64,000 bases of DNA. Source: Felis catus (lineage: Eukaryota). Positions 13,087-26,639 of the stretch are shown piece after piece. The notes beneath the pieces are model-generated. The model saw only the letters and a list, made by a program, of their open reading frames with translations, had not been told where the DNA came from and did not search any database. Numbering within the stretch: position 1 is the first letter of the stretch; each line of letters starts with the position of its first letter. Made by a program: the position numbers and the translations under genes. The stretch spans positions 52,950,001-53,014,000 of the forward strand of contig NC_058382.1 of NCBI RefSeq assembly GCF_018350175.1, written 5' to 3'.

Positions 13087-13320
13087 GGGGCGCCTGGGTG
13101 GCTCAGTCGGTTGAGCATCCGACTTCGGGGATCAGGTCATGATCCCACGGTTCATGGGTTCGAGCCGCGTGTCAGGCTCTGGGCTGACAGCTCAGAGCCT
13201 GGAGTCTGCTTTGGATTCTGTGTGTGTGTCCTCTCTCTCTGCCCCTTCCCCATGCTCTCACGCAGTCCCTCTCCCTCTCTCTCTCTCTCTCTCTCAAAAA
13301 TAAATAAACATTAAAAAAAA
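13087..13320 (+). mobile_element. CAN-SINE
   Basis: SINE body; degenerate TSD atagtgtgtagggttcag/atagcatgtaggattcag. Confidence 0.92.
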
Positions 13321-14244
13321 TGATAGCATGTAGGATTCAGAGCAACTATGTGGAGCCCAACTAAGATCCATGAAGATTGGTCAACTCTGATGTTGTGGCT
13401 CTAATCCTTAATATGCCTCATTCTAGTCACTTGAATAAAAGTAAGACATTTGGACCTTCATTGCTCAGTGGCTTCTCCATGATTATGTGTTACAAGTAAG
13501 TATGAAATCGGACTTTGTTGAATCTCACAAAACCGAGTCCCTCTGAGGCCCAAAGACAGGCACTCACACTTATTGTGCCGTGTCCCAGAAGTCTGTGTGT
13601 AGGTTTCAAACTTGTTTCAGATGGGCTTCATCTGTGTCACCATGGGGCCACCAGCTCAGCCACAAAGCTGTGGTTCTGGCCATTTTGGTCCCCTTCAGCT
13701 GAATCCTGGGACAACCTGTGCCTGTTATTAGCTGGATGGATATGCTTGGGTAGATTGTTCCCTTGGCCTTGATTTGCTCTTCATTCCTGGGCAAAAGCAT
13801 CTCAGGAAGAAGCGACCCTTGTTTACAGGACTCCTGGCCTTCCGTGTGCCGTATCTAATCCAACTGAGGACATGCCCTGATTCTGATCAAGGATGGTTAG
13901 CAGTAGAGGCCACGTGTATGCCTGCCCTGCGTTCTGGCACCAACCTTTAACCAAAAGATACTTTTGCAGAGTTAATCTTGTGATTCCCTTATTTCCATAC
14001 AAACCCCTGCGCTGTTTGGTCCCACCGAGTCCCTTTAGCCCCACCTCTTCCTCCCACACTTCCTGCCCCTCGCTCCCTGCGCACACGCCACATCCCTTCA
14101 CACCTCTGACTTTTGGTTATGCTGTCACCGCTGCCTGAGTTCCCTTCCTGCTGCCACTCTTGCCTGTTAAATTCCTCACGGGTTATGCCTTTCAGCTTTA
14201 GCTGAAATGTCCCTGATGTGAATTGTCTGCACGTCCATGTTGCG

Positions 14245-14430
14245 GCCATATGGATCAGGACAAGATAGGCCTGCTGTAGCAAACAACTCCCCAAAGGCAT
14301 ACTAGCTTAAACCCCCAAAGCTGTATTTCTGACTCACGAAACAGCATACGTGGGTATGCCTGGCCAGCGGCTGCCTTGTTCCACGAAGTGACTCAGGGAC
14401 CCGAGCTCCAGCCACCTTGTGCCTGCATTC
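14245..14430. mobile_element. MLT1-type (MaLR) LTR fragment
   Basis: tcaggacaagataggcctgctgtagcaaacaactccccaaaggcatactagcttaaacccccaaagctgtatttctgactcacg resembles an old MLT1 LTR end. Confidence 0.6.
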
Positions 14431-14713
14431 TCCCAGCGGCTAACTGCAGCCAGCTAGCGGCTATCTCTTACCAGCCTCAGCCTCATGGAAAAGAGCTAAC
14501 CACATGGCTCTGTGTGACTGCAAGTAGGAAGTGGATTTGGAGTGGGGAGCCGGCTGACTGTCCCAGTGAGCTTCTTGGGGGAACCAGCTGGTTTTCTCCC
14601 ACTTAGAATCTCCAGTCTCCGATGTCACCTTAGGTCCCCAATAAATATAGGTGGAATGAAGAGATAAGAGAACGCTCACTTGATTTCCATTTGCCATTGT
14701 GTCATTAAACTTT

Positions 14714-14781
14714 AAAATTTTTTTTTTAATTTTTTTATTTATTTTTGAGAGAGAGAGAAAGAGAAAGAGCGGAAGAGGGGC

Positions 14782-14819
<38 letters not shown>

Positions 14820-14956
14820 GGAGACACAGAATCTGAAGCAGGCTCCAGGCTCTGAGCTGTCAGCACAGAGCCCAATGTGGGGCTCGAACCCACAGACACG
14901 AGATCATGACCTGAGCTAAGGTCGGACACTTAAACAACTGAGCCACCCAGGTGCCC
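14714..14956 (-). mobile_element. CAN-SINE, TSD tgtgtcattaaacttt
   Basis: Antisense SINE; TSD at 14698-14713 and 14959-14974. Confidence 0.95.
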
Positions 14957-16079
14957 AATGTGTCATTAAACTTTGAATCGTGGGACATACTTTTTTCTCT
15001 CTGGCGTTGTTCAGGGGCTTTCATTTTATGGCTGAATACCAAAATACCAAGGGCTGAAGAAGGCAGGGCGATGTCTTCAGATACATTTTCTCATCACACA
15101 GAGGCACAAAACCAGAGCGCTGGTGTTCGCAAGGCGAAAAGACCCCTGGTAAAGAGGAATCTAATAATTCATCTTTATGTTAAAAGCACATCACACCCCA
15201 TTCATTTCCCCACTAGCATGCTCCAGGCCGACTCTGACTCCCCTTCCTGCTAAATGCACCCTTTCCCGCTCCTCCTCCGTTGCCACTCCCCTGCCTGAAA
15301 TGGAATACAATGAAGAGACGTATAATAAAATCTTTTAATTGTCTTAGCATATGTTGCTTTTATTAGGTGGGCATAATTGCATTCATGGGATCACCTACAG
15401 AGTCCTTTCGAATATAAAATTCAAATGGCTTCACACTCCGTGCACAAGTCCTTCTGAGCCACTGTTTTCCCCTTCACTGCCTCCTGTCCCCCTTTTGCTG
15501 TAAAGTTCACATTGAAGTGTGAAAAGAGAGACGTGGCAACTGACACGTGCTGGATCTTATCAGCCCCGAGTGCTGCTGTGGCCCGACGGAGGTGCGACTG
15601 TCATTTCTACACCATTTATTCCTGCCTGGCCTCATTGCTTGCTTCCTTTCGGAGGAAATTTTCCCTGTTAAAGTACTGTACTTGTCATTTATTTCCCTTT
15701 TTTTCCGCTTTCCCTCCGTGGATGGGTTTTGATATGCATTTATCCCAAAGGCAAGCCTTTTACACACTTCCGCTAACCTCTTAGGGTCAGGCTCCTCTAA
15801 GCGGCTTCGGGCTCATAAAAGCAACTCAACAAAGCTTTTATGGTGTCATTACAGCTCCCTTAAATTCCTCTCCTTCCAGCTTCCAATAATTCTTTCGCCG
15901 CTAATCAATTCACCAGCTCTTTTTACTTGAGAGTGGGCGAGGGAGTGGGAGCGAAGGGGCTAGAAACCGGTTGAAGACCCACTTCATTTGGACCAAGGTT
16001 TGTCAAAGTCTGTTTAGGCTGCGGCTCACTTCACTTTGAGCCCTACTGAGCCATCTCAGCCTTCATTTTTATTTTAGAA

Positions 16080-16527
16080 CAGGGATTGGCAAACTTTCCG
16101 TAAAGGGAGAGACAGTACACGTTTTAGGTTCTACAGATGAGCCTGCGTCACAAATACTCAACTCTGCCATTTAGCACACACATGCCCCAAAAAACTCCTA
16201 GACAGCATGCGAACGAGTGAGTGTGGCTGTTTTCCAATAAAACTTTATTTACAAAAACAAGCAGTGGGGGGGCGCGTGGGGGGGGGCTCAGTTGGTTAAG
16301 CCACCCGCTTTAATTCAGCTCAGGGTATGATCTCATGGTTTGTGGGTTCGAGCCCCGCATCAGGCTCTGTGTTGATGGTGAGGACCCGGCTTGGAATTCT
16401 CTCTCTCCCCTCTCTGTGCGCCTCCCCCACTTGCTCTCTGTCAAAACAAACAAATAAATTAATACTAAGAAAACAAAAGGCAAGCAGTGGACCAGATTTG
16501 GCTCTGGGCTTTAGTTTGCCAGCACCT
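16080..16527. mobile_element. MER58-type hAT MITE interrupted by a CAN-SINE (16266-16475)
   Basis: cagggattggcaaact...ccaataaaactttatttacaaaaacaagcagtgg[SINE]aaggcaagcagtggaccagatttgg...tagtttgccagcacct. Confidence 0.85.
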
Positions 16528-16616
16528 ACTTTAGCTGTTAAGGCTCTATCTGTCCTATCCTTCAGGAGCCACCCTCCAAGAATTCCTAGTCTCCTTTAAA
16601 GTAATTCTAAGGCTAT

Positions 16617-16800
16617 GGGGCACTGGAGTGGCTCAGTCAGTTTAGCGTCTGACTCTTGATTTTGGCCCAGGTCGTGATCCCAGGGTCAAGGGATTGAGCT
16701 CCACGTCGGGCTCCGTGTGGAGCCTGCTTCAGATTCTCTCGCTCCCTCTGCCCCTCTCCCCAGCTCATACTCTCTCTAATTTATTCATTAATTAAATTAA
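16617..16800 (+). mobile_element. Older CAN-SINE
   Basis: Diverged SINE head and body; degenerate TSD aagtaa(t/c)tctaa(g/a)gcta. Confidence 0.85.
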
Positions 16801-18205
16801 GTAACTCTAAAGCTAGGTATGGTGCCTACCTCTCTAATGCTCTGCTTGGATGGTAGAATGTTAGTACCAAGAAACCTTGGTCCACTGACTTTGTTTCCAA
16901 CTCTATTTTCTTTCCCTATTTACTTTCTTTGTCTAGAGCAGTAGAAACTTAAAATTTTTACTTAATGTATCCTTAAGCACTTCGCTTTAAAAAATAATTT
17001 TATTGCGCCACACAGAGCTGCTTAGAAACGTGAATATTATGTTTCCCCTTAATTGTGCAAGACCTTCTTGGAAAACGAGCATTTATCATATCCCTGGGAG
17101 GTAAGAGCAGTGATGAGAGGAAGCAGTTCACTGCCCTAAATCTGCCACTGCCTCGCCAGTATTCTGTGAGGCTAGTGGCCACGGGGAAGGGCACCGCGTG
17201 TTGGGACCGCTGAGGACGTGCGTGGGAACACCGGAAAGTCATAGTCTCCTTTCAACCTCGCAAGAACACTGTGAGGAACCTAGAATGCTATATCCCAAAA
17301 GTGCAAAATTAAGCTCAGAGATGACAAATAACTTGTCCAAGGTCCGGGTAAGCAGTGAGTGTGGTGGCACGGATTAGGGCGGAGAATGAATATGGACCCG
17401 TTACAACATTTCCCCATATTTATGTTTTTCAAATGCTGAGTGTGACAGATAATGCTAGCCTTTCCCAGGACATGCATCTCCGCTATCTTTCCCAGCCGCT
17501 CTGGCAGTTAATTCCTGGCCAAGTGACTGAATCCTAATTTACGCAATTCATGCAAAATGATGCCCAGCGGCTCCCGTCTGGACGGATGGAAAACCTCCAC
17601 ATGTACGAATCTCCACATTATCTGCGCTCTTTTTTCTTCTTCAGTCTAGCTAGAATAACGATGACAGTCAGGGCAATCTTATAAAAGTAGATGAAACAGG
17701 ATCTTTCTGTTGGTTTCCTTCAATGACTCTGTGGAACAGAACCACTCTTCCCCTGTGGTTGAGCCCTTATAAATGTATTACTAGATCCCGTTCTAGCATG
17801 CGAGGCAGCTGGGTGTGGCTAGGCTCAGTGAATCCAGGAAATGTTCAAATGGGAGGAGACTGGGAGATACCAACTTTGGGTCCCCGAGGTTTGTGAAGGG
17901 GCTGTGTGCAAGCTATTTTAAAACATTTCAGCACAGATCGTAGGACTTAACCAAATGAGGCTAAGCATCCTATTTATTTCATCTTAACTTGGGTTGGAAT
18001 TGCAACATAGAGGTTAAGCGACCTACCCAAGGTCACGAAGGTAAAGGCGTGCAGACCCAAGACACGAATCCATAGACCAAGTTTATTTTTTCCCATTACT
18101 CCTTAGAGGATGGTTATTGTCTGGTGGTTTTCACTGAGTTGCTTGTTGAGAGACAGGATGCCCTCGTGTTAGTGTGTCCAGTTCATCAAAGAAAAATCAC
18201 TGCTC

Positions 18206-18426
18206 GGGGCGCCTGGGTGGCTCAGTCGGTTGAGCGTCCTACTTCAGCTCGGGTCATGATCTCGCGGTCCGTGAGTTCGAGCCCTGCGTCGGGCTCTGTG
18301 CTGACAGCTCAGAGCCTGGAGCCTGCTTCGGATTCTGTGTCTCCCTCTCTCTCTGACCCTCCCCCATTCATGCTCTGTCTCTCTCTGTCTCAAAAAAATA
18401 AATAAACATTAAAAAAAAATTTAAAA
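18206..18426 (+). mobile_element. CAN-SINE, TSD aaagaaaaatcactgct
   Basis: Full-length SINE; TSD at 18188-18204 and 18427-18443. Confidence 0.95.
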
Positions 18427-19000
18427 AAAGAAAAATCACTGCTATGTTGGAAGACTTTGGAGGATCTCAAGGCTTGACCACAGGTACATAAAGACAGATA
18501 CTGGTGCTTAACTTCCACTTTCATCCAGAGAGAGAGAGAGAGGGAGAGGGCGAGGGAGAGGGAGAGAGATTGAAATCAGTAATTTATAGGTTGACGTTTT
18601 CCTTGGGTCCTCATAATACTTGTTTATTAGAGATAATTTGCTTAAGCGTGCACAAGGTGGAAGGTGCACGCAAGGAAGGTTTTTATTAGTTGTGTACTGA
18701 ATGGATCAATAGTCATTTGAATACTATAAATCTGTCCTGTTAACAGGTTTATTTCTTCATCAGATATTAATTCCAGAGGGTTTCACCCATTATGGAATTG
18801 ACATAAACCATGCCGTGCAGATGTTGATGTCTCTGTAATCAGGTTCAGCTGTGCATCTGTGGGAACCTCCATGTGGGCCCTTGAACATGGGGTAACAGAC
18901 TGGCATCAGGTCAACCCAAACCTGGAGCCCTTGCTTTCCTTGGAGAAGGAATTGGAAGAAAAGAAGGAAGCCATACATTCATTCAATTGTTGGATTTGCT

Positions 19001-19005
19001 TCTTT

Positions 19006-19080
<75 letters not shown>
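19001..19080. repeat. (TTTC)n tetranucleotide microsatellite
   Basis: Direct reading. Confidence 0.95.
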
Positions 19081-19085
<5 letters not shown>

Positions 19086-19212
19086 TCTATCTCTCTCCCC
19101 CCTCCCCCACCCCACTTATTCCCTCTTTCCCTTCACCTCCATCCCATCTTTTGTTATGAATATTCATCCATCCATTGTCCATTTACTTATCCTAATTAAG
19201 AAAAGCAACATA

Positions 19213-19387
19213 GGGGTACCTGGGTGACTCAGTGGATTAAGCATCCTACTCTTGGTTTCGACTCAGGTCATGATCTTATATTTTGTGTGTTCGAGCCCCG
19301 CGTCGGGCTCTGTGCTGACAGCTCAGAGCCTGGAGCCTGCTTTGGATTCTGTGTCTCCTCTCTGTCTCCGCTCCTCCCCGCTCGTGC

Positions 19388-19418
<31 letters not shown>

Positions 19419-19472
19419 GTTTCAAAAATGAATAAACATTAAGACAAAAAGATATCAGTGGTTTAAAAAAAA
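19213..19472 (+). mobile_element. CAN-SINE
   Basis: SINE head, (CTGT)/(CT) tract, AATAAA tail. Confidence 0.9.
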
Positions 19473-19822
19473 GGAACTAAACGGTATGGAGATATGAGGG
19501 GGAAAAAGCTAAAAATCTACACTCCACGCTGTCGCTTTGGCTAAATGGTTATGATGGACCTTTTCTGCCCATGCAAGCATGCAGAGTATATATGCATTAG
19601 GAAGGATGGAGTTTGCATGTCTGTGTTTTAATAGCATAATATTTTGCCCATTATTTAGAAACATGCTTTGTTTGGTTAACAATATTTTTGGAATACCATA
19701 CGTAAAAAAAGAATTTCCTTAATGATTGCATATAATTCTATGGAATAGCCCTGATTTAATCAAACATTCAGTATTGTTTTAAAGTTTTTTTAATGCTTAT
19801 TTATTTTTGAGAGAGAGAGAGA

Positions 19823-20355
19823 ACAACACCCAGTGCTCAACAGAAGTGCCCTCCTTAATCCCCATCACCCATTTAGCCCTTCCTCCTGCCCACCTTCCCT
19901 CCAACAACCCTCAGTTCTCTACAGTTAAGGGTCTGCTTTACGGCTTGCCTCTATTTTTTTATGTTCATCTATTTTGTTTCTAAAATTCCACATTTGAGTT
20001 AGATTACATGGTATTTGTCTTTCTCTGACTGACTTATTTGGCTTAGCATAATACATTCTAGTTCCATCCATGTCATTGCAAATGGCAAGATTTCGTTCCC
20101 TGTTATGGCCGAGTAATACTCCATTGTATATATCTACTACCTCTTTTTTATCCATTCGTCATTTGATGGACATTTGGGCTCTGTCCATAGTTTGGCTATT
20201 GTTGAAAGTGCTGCTATAAACATCGGGGTGCATGTGCCCTTTCGAATCAGTGTGTTTGTATCCTTTGGGTAAATACCTAGTAGTGATATTGATGGATTAT
20301 AGGGTAGTTCTATTTTTAGCATTTTGGGGGAACCTGCATACTTTCTCCAGAGTGG
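19823..20355 (-). mobile_element. Carnivore L1 3' fragment (ORF2 C-terminus plus 3' UTR)
   Basis: Minus translation LKIELPYNPSISLLGIYPKDTNTLIRKGTCTPMFIAALSTIAKLWTEPKCPSNDEWIKK matches the L1 ORF2 C-terminal region. Confidence 0.93.
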
Positions 20356-20708
20356 TCCAGGTCATTTCAGCGTTGTTATTATTCTTGGTTTTGTTTTGCC
20401 ATTATTAATACTATAGCGATGAATATTCTTATGAATATTATCTAGCATACTGCTGGTTTTAATGTTGAAGAATGGATTCCAAAGGTGGAATTTCGGGGTC
20501 AAAGGTCAGGTGACATAATTTAGCATCCTGTGTTTTTTACTTAATGTTACCCATAAGCATTTCTCTATGTTAATGGAATCTCTTTGTAAGGTGTGTGTGT
20601 GTGTGTGTTTTAATTGGTCGCAAAATAGTCTGTCTTATAGTTGTACCATAGTTCAGTGGCCATTTCTCCCATAACTGAAATTTTGGGTGCTGTTCAGGTC
20701 TTTGCTTT

Positions 20709-20712
<4 letters not shown>

Positions 20713-20747
<35 letters not shown>

Positions 20748-20986
20748 TTTTTCATGTTTATTTATTTTGAGAGAGAGACAGTGCAAGTGGGGCAGGCGCA
20801 GAGAGAGAGGGGGAAAGAGAGTGCAAGCAGGGGAGGGCCAGAGAGGGAAAGACAGAGAATCCCAAGCAGGCTCCTCGCTGCCAGCACAGAGCCTGCTGTG
20901 GGACTTGATCCCACAAACCGTGAGATCATGACCTGGGCGGAAGTTGAGGGTCAGCCGCTTCACCGACTGAGCCACCCGGGCGCCCC
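20713..20986 (-). mobile_element. CAN-SINE with (CA)n in tail and ~40-bp internal duplication, TSD gtctttgcttttata
   Basis: TSD at 20698-20712 and 20989-21003 brackets both the SINE and the microsatellite. Confidence 0.92.
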
Positions 20987-21926
20987 TTGTCTTTGCTTTT
21001 ATAAATACTACCAAGAGGAACATCTTTTCTGCACGAATGTCTGCCCTCCTCCTGACTTCCTTGACATCCTACAAGCGGGATCACAGGTGGAAAGTCGCGA
21101 AAGGAGGGGCCTTTTAAATCCCCGGCTGCGAACAATCCCGTGGCAGGGTTTACACCGCCCTCTCGGTCCACACACAGAGCAGCACTTTACAAACCGCGGC
21201 ATAAACCCTCGGAATAATCCCGTGCCCCACAGGGACAGAGCACTGTTATTAATGTAACTTCACAGACAACTTTCGTTTGAAAGCTTCGTCGAACCTGACC
21301 ACAGCTCATTAGACAACCTCCTTACAACCCCAGGGCAGCCTGTGGATTCTGCAGCAGACAAGTTGGCCTGAGCCGAAGGACATCCTCAGGGGAGCGTCCC
21401 AGTCCCATCCTACCCGAAAGATGATCTCAGCCCGCACCTGCCAGCCGGGGGACGTGAGAGCTTCCCTTCTGGGAGCTAAGAGAAAGTCTCTTTGGTTCCT
21501 TCTCTGGTTCATTTCTATCTTCGGATCATGCCGCGTGTTTCCCAAGGGGGCACCGTTGGCGTTTGGCAGGAGGGACGGTCCTGCACGTGATGGGGCATTC
21601 TGGGCACCTGGCCTTGGTCACTGTACCCCAGGAGCACACTAGTAATTGTAACAACCACTGGTGTCTCCTCATGTTCCCAGCTTCCCTTTTACACGCTTCA
21701 CCCCTTGCTTCCAATCATATTCAAACATGTATTTTTCCAAATCCTTTTTCCTGTGTTTTCTTTAACCATGTGGCATCTTGTTCTATGGGCTTTTGCTGTA
21801 AGACCTCTGTGCTGATGCAGATGATTCTCGGCTGGGAGTGGAAAGGGCTGGAAGGAGGGAAAGTAATCAGCATGGCCTGTGCTAATGGGGTTACAGGGTG
21901 GAGGGTGTTCATGTATTTTTTAATAG

Positions 21927-22149
21927 GATAACATGGTGGTTAAAAGCTGGGATTCTAGAACCAGGAGACCTGGTTCAAATTCTGACGCTTACTCTTACAA
22001 GCTCATGATCTTGGCAAGTTCTTAACCTCTTTACGCCTTTCCTTTACCGTAAATATGGGATTGTTATTGTTCAGACTGCATAGTTTTGTTGTGAGGAGTA
22101 AATGAGTCACTATTTCTGAGATACTTTCGTGCCTGACACAGAACAAGCC

Positions 22150-22150
<1 letters not shown>
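21927..22150 (+). mobile_element. MIR SINE
   Basis: catggtggttaaaagctggg...ggttcaaattctgac...atgatcttggcaagttcttaacctct...gtgcctgacacaga. Confidence 0.85.

Positions 22151-22151
<1 letters not shown>

Positions 22152-22232
<81 letters not shown>
22152..22232. repeat. Compound (GA)n(GT)n microsatellite
   Basis: Direct reading. Confidence 0.95.
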
Positions 22233-22233
<1 letters not shown>

Positions 22234-22280
22234 TCTCCACAATTCCAGCAAGGCAAAGGGATATTTGAGAAAGATCTTCT

Positions 22281-22476
22281 GGGGGTCACCTGGGTGACTC
22301 AGTTGGTTAAGCATCCGACTCTTGGTTTTGGCTCAGGTCATGATCTCGAGGTTCATGAGTTCGAGCCCCACATCGGGCTCTGTGCTGGCAGTGCAGAGCC
22401 TGCTTGGGATTCTCTTTCTCCCCCTCTCTGCTCCTCCCCCCGCTCGCTCAAAATAAAGAAAGAAACTTAAAAAAAA
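22281..22476 (+). mobile_element. CAN-SINE
   Basis: SINE body; TSD aaa(g/a)atcttct. Confidence 0.9.
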
Positions 22477-25053
22477 ATCTTCTAGAGTAGTGAGGATATC
22501 CAAAAGCAGTCTAGGGAAACTTCTAGGGCAGAAAGCTTAAGAAGGTAAGATACACGTAATAGGCAGTCAGTACAGCAGCATCCCTGGTCTGATGCACATA
22601 ATTTGAGACGGGTCCCGTGACCCATCTTGTGCAGGTGCTTCGCTGGCAGCTGTGAAGAGCACCCCATCGTTGTCCTGCCTGCCCGCTGGGCTAAAGCTGT
22701 GACCCCCCTACCTAAGAGGAAAGAGGGTTGTTCAGAGCAGGACCTTGGTACCATGAGGGCCGTGCCCTTGTGGCCTGTGGCAGGCCCCGCCCACCAAGCA
22801 TGTCCGGCTTCACTCTCTTCCTTTTCATGGGAGCCTAGGGAAGCCCAAGATCCAGGTCACCATTCGAGGCTTGGCTTGTACCTTCAAGCCCCTCGTCTGT
22901 GTCCTCCCAGAAGGACAAAAAAATGGAGGGAGAAAGAACGAGGAAAAAGAAGCCTATTTATGACACTGTGCTAACAAATATTAGCACGTGAAATTCAGAA
23001 CAGTCCTATGAGCAGACATAGAAGCCCAAAATTTTCCTCTGTTAGAAGATGTGCATTTCATGTAATATGTGTTTCTGAGAGCAGCGAGCATCTTAGAATC
23101 CATGTGGGTATTTGCTGCACTGTGACCCTCCCTCCCCAATGCTGTGAGCACATTAGTAGCACATCTTACACTTGATAACACATTGAGCTGTGATAATAAT
23201 TATTATCAAAACCAACATATAGAAAGTAACTAAGTGCTATCTAATTCGTTTATTCAATACCCATCACAACCCAGTGAGGTGGCTTCTATTATTGTACCCA
23301 CTCTACAGATGAGACAACCGAGGCACAAAAAGTTAAACCGTGGGCCCTGGCTCCCACAGCTGGGTTAGAGGCAGATGAGGAATTTGGCAAGATTGCCAAG
23401 ATAAGCCAGCTCATCCGCAGTGGGTCTGGGACGTGACCCAGTGTCTCTGTGGGCCCCACGTCCGTATTCTTTCCCTACTGACTCCATCACTGAATCCCTT
23501 CCGCATTGCTCTGCTCTGTATACCCAGAATCCTGAAACCTGCCAGGTCAGGTGGTCCCAGAACAGAGCGTGCTTTGATGGGACCGATCCTTGTCATTTCC
23601 TCCACTCACTCTCCTCATCCCTCAGACTGTTTCTTTACGACACTTCTGTTGTCAGTGCTTTCTCTGGAAGGGGCCAACGTGGACACTGTCAAGGGGACAC
23701 CGAAAATGAGGGGACGTGGCAACCATTGCCAGACACCATCACTGACCATCTTCTTCTTCGAAAACTGGGCCCTCCCAACGAACCTTCCAATTGACCTCTG
23801 AATTGAATAATTTAAATTCATTGAGTCAAAGGCAGTGGGTTTGGATAGCCTAGACAGACGAATCAAGATTTTTTTTTTTTTTTTTTTTGGACTAAGAGCC
23901 TACCGTTCATTTATTCAACAAATGCTTTTAAACACTCACCACTGTGGTCGGCAGTGGTAATGTCTGTAGAAGCAAAGCACGCCTACAGGGGCAAAGACCT
24001 GGAATAAACCGCAGACAAGATACTATCCAGACCACTGATTTCTATGCCCTGGATGTTTTTATTGTCTTTGCCTCAGTTGACCAAACGACACCAGCCAAGA
24101 TTTTGTCCACTCGGATTTCAGCGTCTTTCCCTGTCGACACCTCTCTGGTGTCCTGCACCCACCCTGAGGGTTCTCCAATGCCCACCCCAGCAGTACCAGC
24201 GTGGACCTGCCCCCACCCCGTGGGATTCAAGATGGCACCCACCTTTGGCTAACCTTCCTGGCATGCTGGCAATTCATATCTATGAATCTGTGCTCTACCT
24301 TCCACGGATAAGCTTTCACAGAAGAAAGACAAATAACAAAGATAAGAGTTAGAAGAGGAGGTGTGAATGCTGACTGGGGTTACTAATTCCCCCAGCTAAT
24401 TTAATTCTGATTTCCTCGTACTTCTCATGATGATGCAGTTGACTCCAGAGAAAAAAACTATCAAGAAAAGGTTTTTTAAATGTTACACTTTGGGATAAGT
24501 GATCGGCTGTAGGGGCTTTCCTTTAAACTTCAGACTTTAAGGAGTATAAGGTGAAATTTGTCCCTAGCACTGATGATTAAACATGTGTGCTATTTATGAA
24601 ATTCAGGAAATACAAAAATAATTTGGCCAGCTCTCACCTTCTGGTCCTTTTGTGATTCTAGAGACGTAAAGATGAGGAAGACCGTGGATGAACTTTATTG
24701 AATTATCGAACCGGGTGTCGCTAAGGGAGGGGAGGTTCCTCCTATCTGTGAATTTAGGGTGCAGTGGATCATTTACCTGGATTCTGTATATTTGGACTTA
24801 GAATCAGATTCTCAAATATCACCACCTTCTGGTCCGGCCACCAAACCTGACAGGGAACTGCCCCCTCCAATCCCAGAGTAGAGGAAATCTCAGTGGTAAA
24901 CAGAATTCCAACTCTACTCTCTGCATGGCTCGTGGGCGATTCACTTTCCCATCACTACTTTTTTATAGTTTGGAGGGAAAAGGTTAATACTGTAAAGGGT
25001 GCTTGACCATATTTTCTAACTGGGAGACATTTCCCCTTTTAATAGTCCTTCTA

Positions 25054-25264
25054 GGTGTGCCTGGGTGGCTCAGTCGGTTAAGCATTTGATTTCAGCTGGG
25101 GTCATGGTCTCACAGTTGAGAGGTTCGAGTCCCGTATCAGGCTCTGCACTGACAATGTGGCACCTGCTTGGGATTCTCCGTCTCCCTCTCTCTCTGCCCC
25201 GCCCCAACGTGCTCACTGTCTGTCTCTCTCAAAAATAAGTCAACTTTTTAGAAAATTAAAAATA

Positions 25265-25302
<38 letters not shown>
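25054..25302 (+). mobile_element. CAN-SINE with (CA)n tail, TSD agtccttcta
   Basis: TSD at 25044-25053 and 25303-25312. Confidence 0.9.
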
Positions 25303-25303
<1 letters not shown>

Positions 25304-26024
25304 GTCCTTCTATATGTATATGTGTTCCTTGTTGGGTTAAGAAGGTGTGATTCTCCCAACAGCCAAGACCCATTTGTCACCCAGGTAGACTTGGAACAGA
25401 CCGAGAGCTCACCACTAGATCTGTCAATGACTTGTGTGCTCATCTTCCAAGGTTTGGTTTGCCAAGACTCAGGGTAGGCCTTTTGTCAAACACCTGCCGA
25501 TGAACATTTGGCACAGCTAATTCTGGAATGTATCATGGATTTCCTTCTCTGTCGTCTCGGGAGCAGAGAAGGGGGCAGGGAAAAGGAATCGGGAGAGAAA
25601 CGGGGATGAGGATACATGAGAGCGCGTACAGGACATGGGGCGGGCTGGGTCGGACACTGCCTTGCATGAGGAGCGACTCATCCATTTTCTAAGAAGTAAC
25701 AAAAAGAAGGTAAATTTGGTGCTCGGACATCCGAGGGCTGACGCTAGGAGAAACGCAGTGAGACATACAGTTAGAAGAGATATCCCCGTGCCTGTGTGTG
25801 GCATGTGTGTGTATCATTAATATGTCTGCTGGCCTTGGTAAGGTTCATGCAGAAGGTTTCCTGGATTCTTTTGCACCTGGCCTGTAGGGATGTAAATTGA
25901 TGCTAGGTGCTTTCTGCATTGTGGCTGTGGGGGTGCATATTCCTCTAGTGTATGTCCAGGGCTGTGCTGACTTCTTCGGGGTTGATAAGGAGGGATGTGA
26001 GCTGAATGGTAATAGAACAAGTAA

Positions 26025-26639
26025 AATATTACTTCCTGCATCTGTCGTAACAAAGTGTACAAGCTGGCTACACAGCATGAAGGTTTCGTCCCAGCTCAGG
26101 GTACCAGCGGGCCATGCCCCCTCGGAAGGCTCCGGAGAATAGTCTGTCCCTCCCTCGTCCAGCTTTGGGTCATTCACTGACGGTATCTGTCCTGTTGCAG
26201 CACCTCTGCTCTCCACCCCATTATCACATGATGTTTTCTCTGTCTCCTCCACTTTTTATGAGGACGCCAGTAATATTGGACAAAAGGTCCACTCTACTCT
26301 AGCGTGACGTCATCTTAACGAATGATATCCTTAAAAACTATTTCCAGGGGCGCCTGGGTGGCACAGTCGGTTAAGCGTCCGACTTCAGCCAGGTCACGAT
26401 CTCGCGGTCTGTGAGTTCAAGCCCCGCGTCAGGCTCTGGGCTGATGGCTCAGAGCCTGGAGCCTGTTTCCGATTCTGTGTCTCCCTCTCTCTCTGCCCCT
26501 TCCCCGTTCATGCTCTGTCTCTCTCTGTCCCAAAAATAAATAAACGTTGAAAAAAATATATTAAAAAAAAACTATTTCCAAATCAGGTTATATTCTGAGG
26601 CATTGTTTGGGGGGTGGGGACACAATTCAACCTATAACC
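26025..26639. mobile_element. MLT1-type LTR interrupted by a young CAN-SINE (26347-26566, TSD aaaaactatttcca)
   Basis: gggccatgcccctcggaaggctc...ttatgaggacgccagtaatattgga...tgacgtcatcttaac...ctatttccaaatcaggttatattctgagg...ggggacacaattcaacctataac. Confidence 0.85.

Noticed and set aside
20754..21257. Longest ORF in the track (167 aa)
   Set aside because: Begins in an antisense SINE; typical SINE-derived chance frame.
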